In this document: positions 58,038-60,265 of the stretch, in pieces
Layout: each line of letters opens with the position of its first letter
How positions within the stretch are numbered: the stretch's first letter is position 1
From: an uncultured bacterium
GTDB lineage: Bacteria > Cyanobacteriota > Vampirovibrionia > Gastranaerophilales > Gastranaerophilaceae
Reading direction: 5' to 3'
Length of the DNA stretch: 60,265 nucleotides
Assembly: GCA_902797575.1 (NCBI GenBank)
Contig: CADBTL010000007.1
Location: forward strand, 1-60,265
Program-made: the position numbers and the translations under genes
The notes under the pieces: generated by a model
Seen by the model: only the letters and a program-made list of their open reading frames with translations
Database searches by the model: none
What the model was told of the DNA's origin: nothing

Positions 58038-58071
58038 ATATATATAAAAACATTTTTGTTAAGAAAATTGA
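58038..58071 (-). promoter_or_regulatory. Recurrent putative promoter motif TCAA-N22-ATATATAT
   Basis: Followed by AAGAGAG, as in the 12847 copy. Confidence 0.5.
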
Positions 58072-58150
58072 CAAAATTTTATATATTTTTTATATATTGT
58101 TACAAAACTTAACAACTAATTTTTTCAATGTAATAATTATTTCGGCTAGC

Positions 58151-58188
58151 AACAAAAGAGGGTGACTTTTCAGTCATCCTCTTTTGTT
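58151..58188 (-). terminator. Intrinsic terminator
   Basis: AACAAAAGAGGGTGACT-TTTC-AGTCATCCTCTTTTGTT inverted repeat just after the 58209 stop. Confidence 0.85.
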
Positions 58189-58208
58189 TATGTTGTTCTG
58201 TAATTTTA

Positions 58209-60263
58209 TTACTTGTCAAGCATATTATTCGTTACTGCTACTGCTGCGGCTGCTGCATCTGCTTCAGCTTTCGTGTTGTATGTACCCGGTAAGAATTGTC
58301 TTGTATATGAGCCATCTTTGTTCGGACAACTTATATATGCTCTGAATGAACCGTTAGGTAGTTGTACCGATTCAGCTGTAACTTCAGCCTTTTTATATGT
58401 ATCGACTGTAACATCTGTTTTGTTCGTTCTGAGACAAGTTTGGTCACCGTATAAGTCGTAAGGAAGTACTATTCCCGCTGGTACGTATGTCAATCCGCCA
58501 CGAATGTTGTTATACTTTTTAAGTGCTTTAACGATTTTTGAGTAGTTTGGATCTTTATACGGGTTTTGTTTGTTTTCAATGCAATCTCCGTAATACATCA
58601 ATACAATTTCTTTCCAGCCGTATTTATTAGAATCATCCATTTTTAAGTCTTCAACCGAACCTGCACCGCATTTTGGTTTTTCAGGCTTAACTTCCGGCTT
58701 AACCTCAGGTTTTACTTCAGGTTTAACCTCTGGTTTTACTTCAGGTTTTGGAGTTGTAACTTTCTTCTTGATTTCTTCCAATCTGTTTTGAAGAGCTTTC
58801 ATCAATTCTGTTCTGTTCAATCTTGAACCGTTACCGCCTTCGTAACCTAAGAATTGATTCATTGCTTGACAATCAAGGTTTCCGTCTTTGTCAGCGAAGC
58901 TGAATGCAATTTGTTTAGCAATCTCGCCATAGACAGGCTTAATATCTTTATTTGTTACCATTGTATCAATTTTTGTTACGAATGATTTAAGTGATCTGCA
59001 GTCTGTGATATGAGGAATTACTTCCTGTTCACTCTTACCGTATGATAGAGCTGAACCCAATAACCCTACAGCTGCTCCGATTACACCTGCTGTTGTCAAG
59101 TCTTTTGCTAAATCATTTGTTGCACGATATTCTTGGATGTCGATATCTTCTATTTTTTTCAGTTCATCAACAAGGTTTCTAATCTCAACACCATTTACAT
59201 CAACAACTTGTTCTATAAATACTTTGTCAGTAATATATAAACTGTTGTCGATAATCAACTTACCTTTGAGTGCTAATGCTCCGCCTGCTCCTGCAAGACC
59301 TGCCAAAGCTCCGCCTAAAGTGTTTTCCCAAGCATTTTTGATTATGTTTTTCTTTTCGACGTGTCTGCCTGTAAGTTTAACAAGTCTCTTTATGTATTTG
59401 TTTTTAACTTTTGTATCAGATAAATCTATACCGGTTTTTTCTTGAATATAAGCTGCAAGTTCACCTCTCATGTTTCCTCTTTCAGAAACAGATCTGTTTT
59501 GTTGCCTGCTTAAATCAGCTTCAGAACCTGTTCCAAATTTATTAACAAATTCAGATAATTCAGAAATATCGTAAGTTCCGTCTCCGTTGTCTTTTATCAA
59601 ACCTGCTTTTTCAAGTATTGTTACTTGTTTACCGTGTCCATCATCAACAAGTTGTAAATATGGACATTTTTTACCTAATTTATCTACAATTTCTTCCATT
59701 TTAATAGGTGTCTCAGCAACTTTTTCTGCATTATTGTTCCAAGCTTGTGCTTGTCTCAAGTCTTTCATAGCTGAGTCTTGTCCGCTAATCCATTGAGCTA
59801 CGTTCCAATTACCATTGATAGCTCTTCTATCCCACTTATCTATTTTGCCGCCGTTTTGTTCTGCTAATGTAGCTTTTGCATCTCGTTTTACTTGTTTAGA
59901 ACTTGTTGCATCTGATTCACCAATTGCAGCAATTGCATTTAATTGTGCATCGATGTCTCTTGCTTGAGTTTTTAATTTAGCAAGTGCCATTTTATATTCT
60001 TTACCGCTGAAATCATTTTCAACTGCTTTGTATGCATCATATGGTCCTTTACCTGATTCGCGGTATTGAGCATACTTATCTGAAACTTCTGCATACGGTG
60101 TTTTCTTTTCTGCAGGTTGAGCATCCGGTTTAGCAGTTGCATCAGCTGGTCCTGCCGCTTGCAATTTTGCTGCTTGTGCTTCAGGTTTAACAGCTTCTGT
60201 TGCTGTTACGTTTGTTGTATAACCCAAAATTCTTTTTACATCGTCGCTTTCGTTTGCAACTTC
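58209..60263 (-). CDS. Large hypothetical protein (5' end outside window) with glycine zippers, (KPEV)5 linker and possible LysM-like C-terminal region
   Basis: Frame open to the window end (EVANESDDVKRILG...); GGALAGLAGAGG and AGVIGAAVGLLG segments. Confidence 0.8.
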   Translation of the reverse strand, partial: EVANESDDVKRILGYTTNVTATEAVKPEAQAAKLQAAGPADATAKPDAQPAEKKTPYAEVSDKYAQYRESGKGPYDAYKAVENDFSGKEYKMALAKLKTQARDIDAQLNAIAAIGESDATSSKQVKRDAKATLAEQNGGKIDKWDRRAINGNWNVAQWISGQDSAMKDLRQAQAWNNNAEKVAETPIKMEEIVDKLGKKCPYLQLVDDGHGKQVTILEKAGLIKDNGDGTYDISELSEFVNKFGTGSEADLSRQQNRSVSERGNMRGELAAYIQEKTGIDLSDTKVKNKYIKRLVKLTGRHVEKKNIIKNAWENTLGGALAGLAGAGGALALKGKLIIDNSLYITDKVFIEQVVDVNGVEIRNLVDELKKIEDIDIQEYRATNDLAKDLTTAGVIGAAVGLLGSALSYGKSEQEVIPHITDCRSLKSFVTKIDTMVTNKDIKPVYGEIAKQIAFSFADKDGNLDCQAMNQFLGYEGGNGSRLNRTELMKALQNRLEEIKKKVTTPKPEVKPEVKPEVKPEVKPEVKPEKPKCGAGSVEDLKMDDSNKYGWKEIVLMYYGDCIENKQNPYKDPNYSKIVKALKKYNNIRGGLTYVPAGIVLPYDLYGDQTCLRTNKTDVTVDTYKKAEVTAESVQLPNGSFRAYISCPNKDGSYTRQFLPGTYNTKAEADAAAAAVAVTNNMLDK
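58677..58748 (-). repeat. 12-bp coding repeats (KPEV x5 + KPEK)
   Basis: Directly visible tandem units with synonymous variation. Confidence 0.85.
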
Positions 60264-60265
60264 AG

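Overview
AT-rich bacterial chromosome segment, most consistent with a non-photosynthetic Cyanobacteriota relative (Vampirovibrionia/Melainabacteria, Gastranaerophilales-like). This is an inference from the cyanobacterial-type lysA-cdaA adjacency, a recF separated from dnaA/gyrB, flagellar genes, and many orphan genes. Housekeeping genes (gmk, gmhA, galE, recF, aroQ, folE2, folK, trmFO, comEC, uvrB, smpB, valS, mazG, rnpA, glgC, cdaA, lysA) are interleaved with lineage-specific orphans. The main result is two parallel type III export modules. One is a conventional flagellar fliF-fliG-fliH-fliI cluster (0.5-5.2 kb). The other is a divergent fliE / FliF-SctJ hybrid / FliG-like SctK-position protein / FliH-SctL / FlhA-SctV cluster (22.9-29.1 kb), with injectisome-type signature residues and a sigma28 promoter. 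Candidate substrates occur across the window: a sigma28-driven protein with flagellin-like architecture, an mTERF-like 39-aa repeat protein, a J-domain protein, glycine-zipper proteins and small peptides. Several orphans share an apparently undescribed promoter motif (GCAA-N22-ATATATAT), which also precedes a candidate ~80-nt sRNA. Also present are a modular palindromic MITE/REP-like family and a probable phage replication-initiator remnant with 11-bp iterons. No rRNA, tRNA or CRISPR array was recognised. All calls are by eye; no searches were run.
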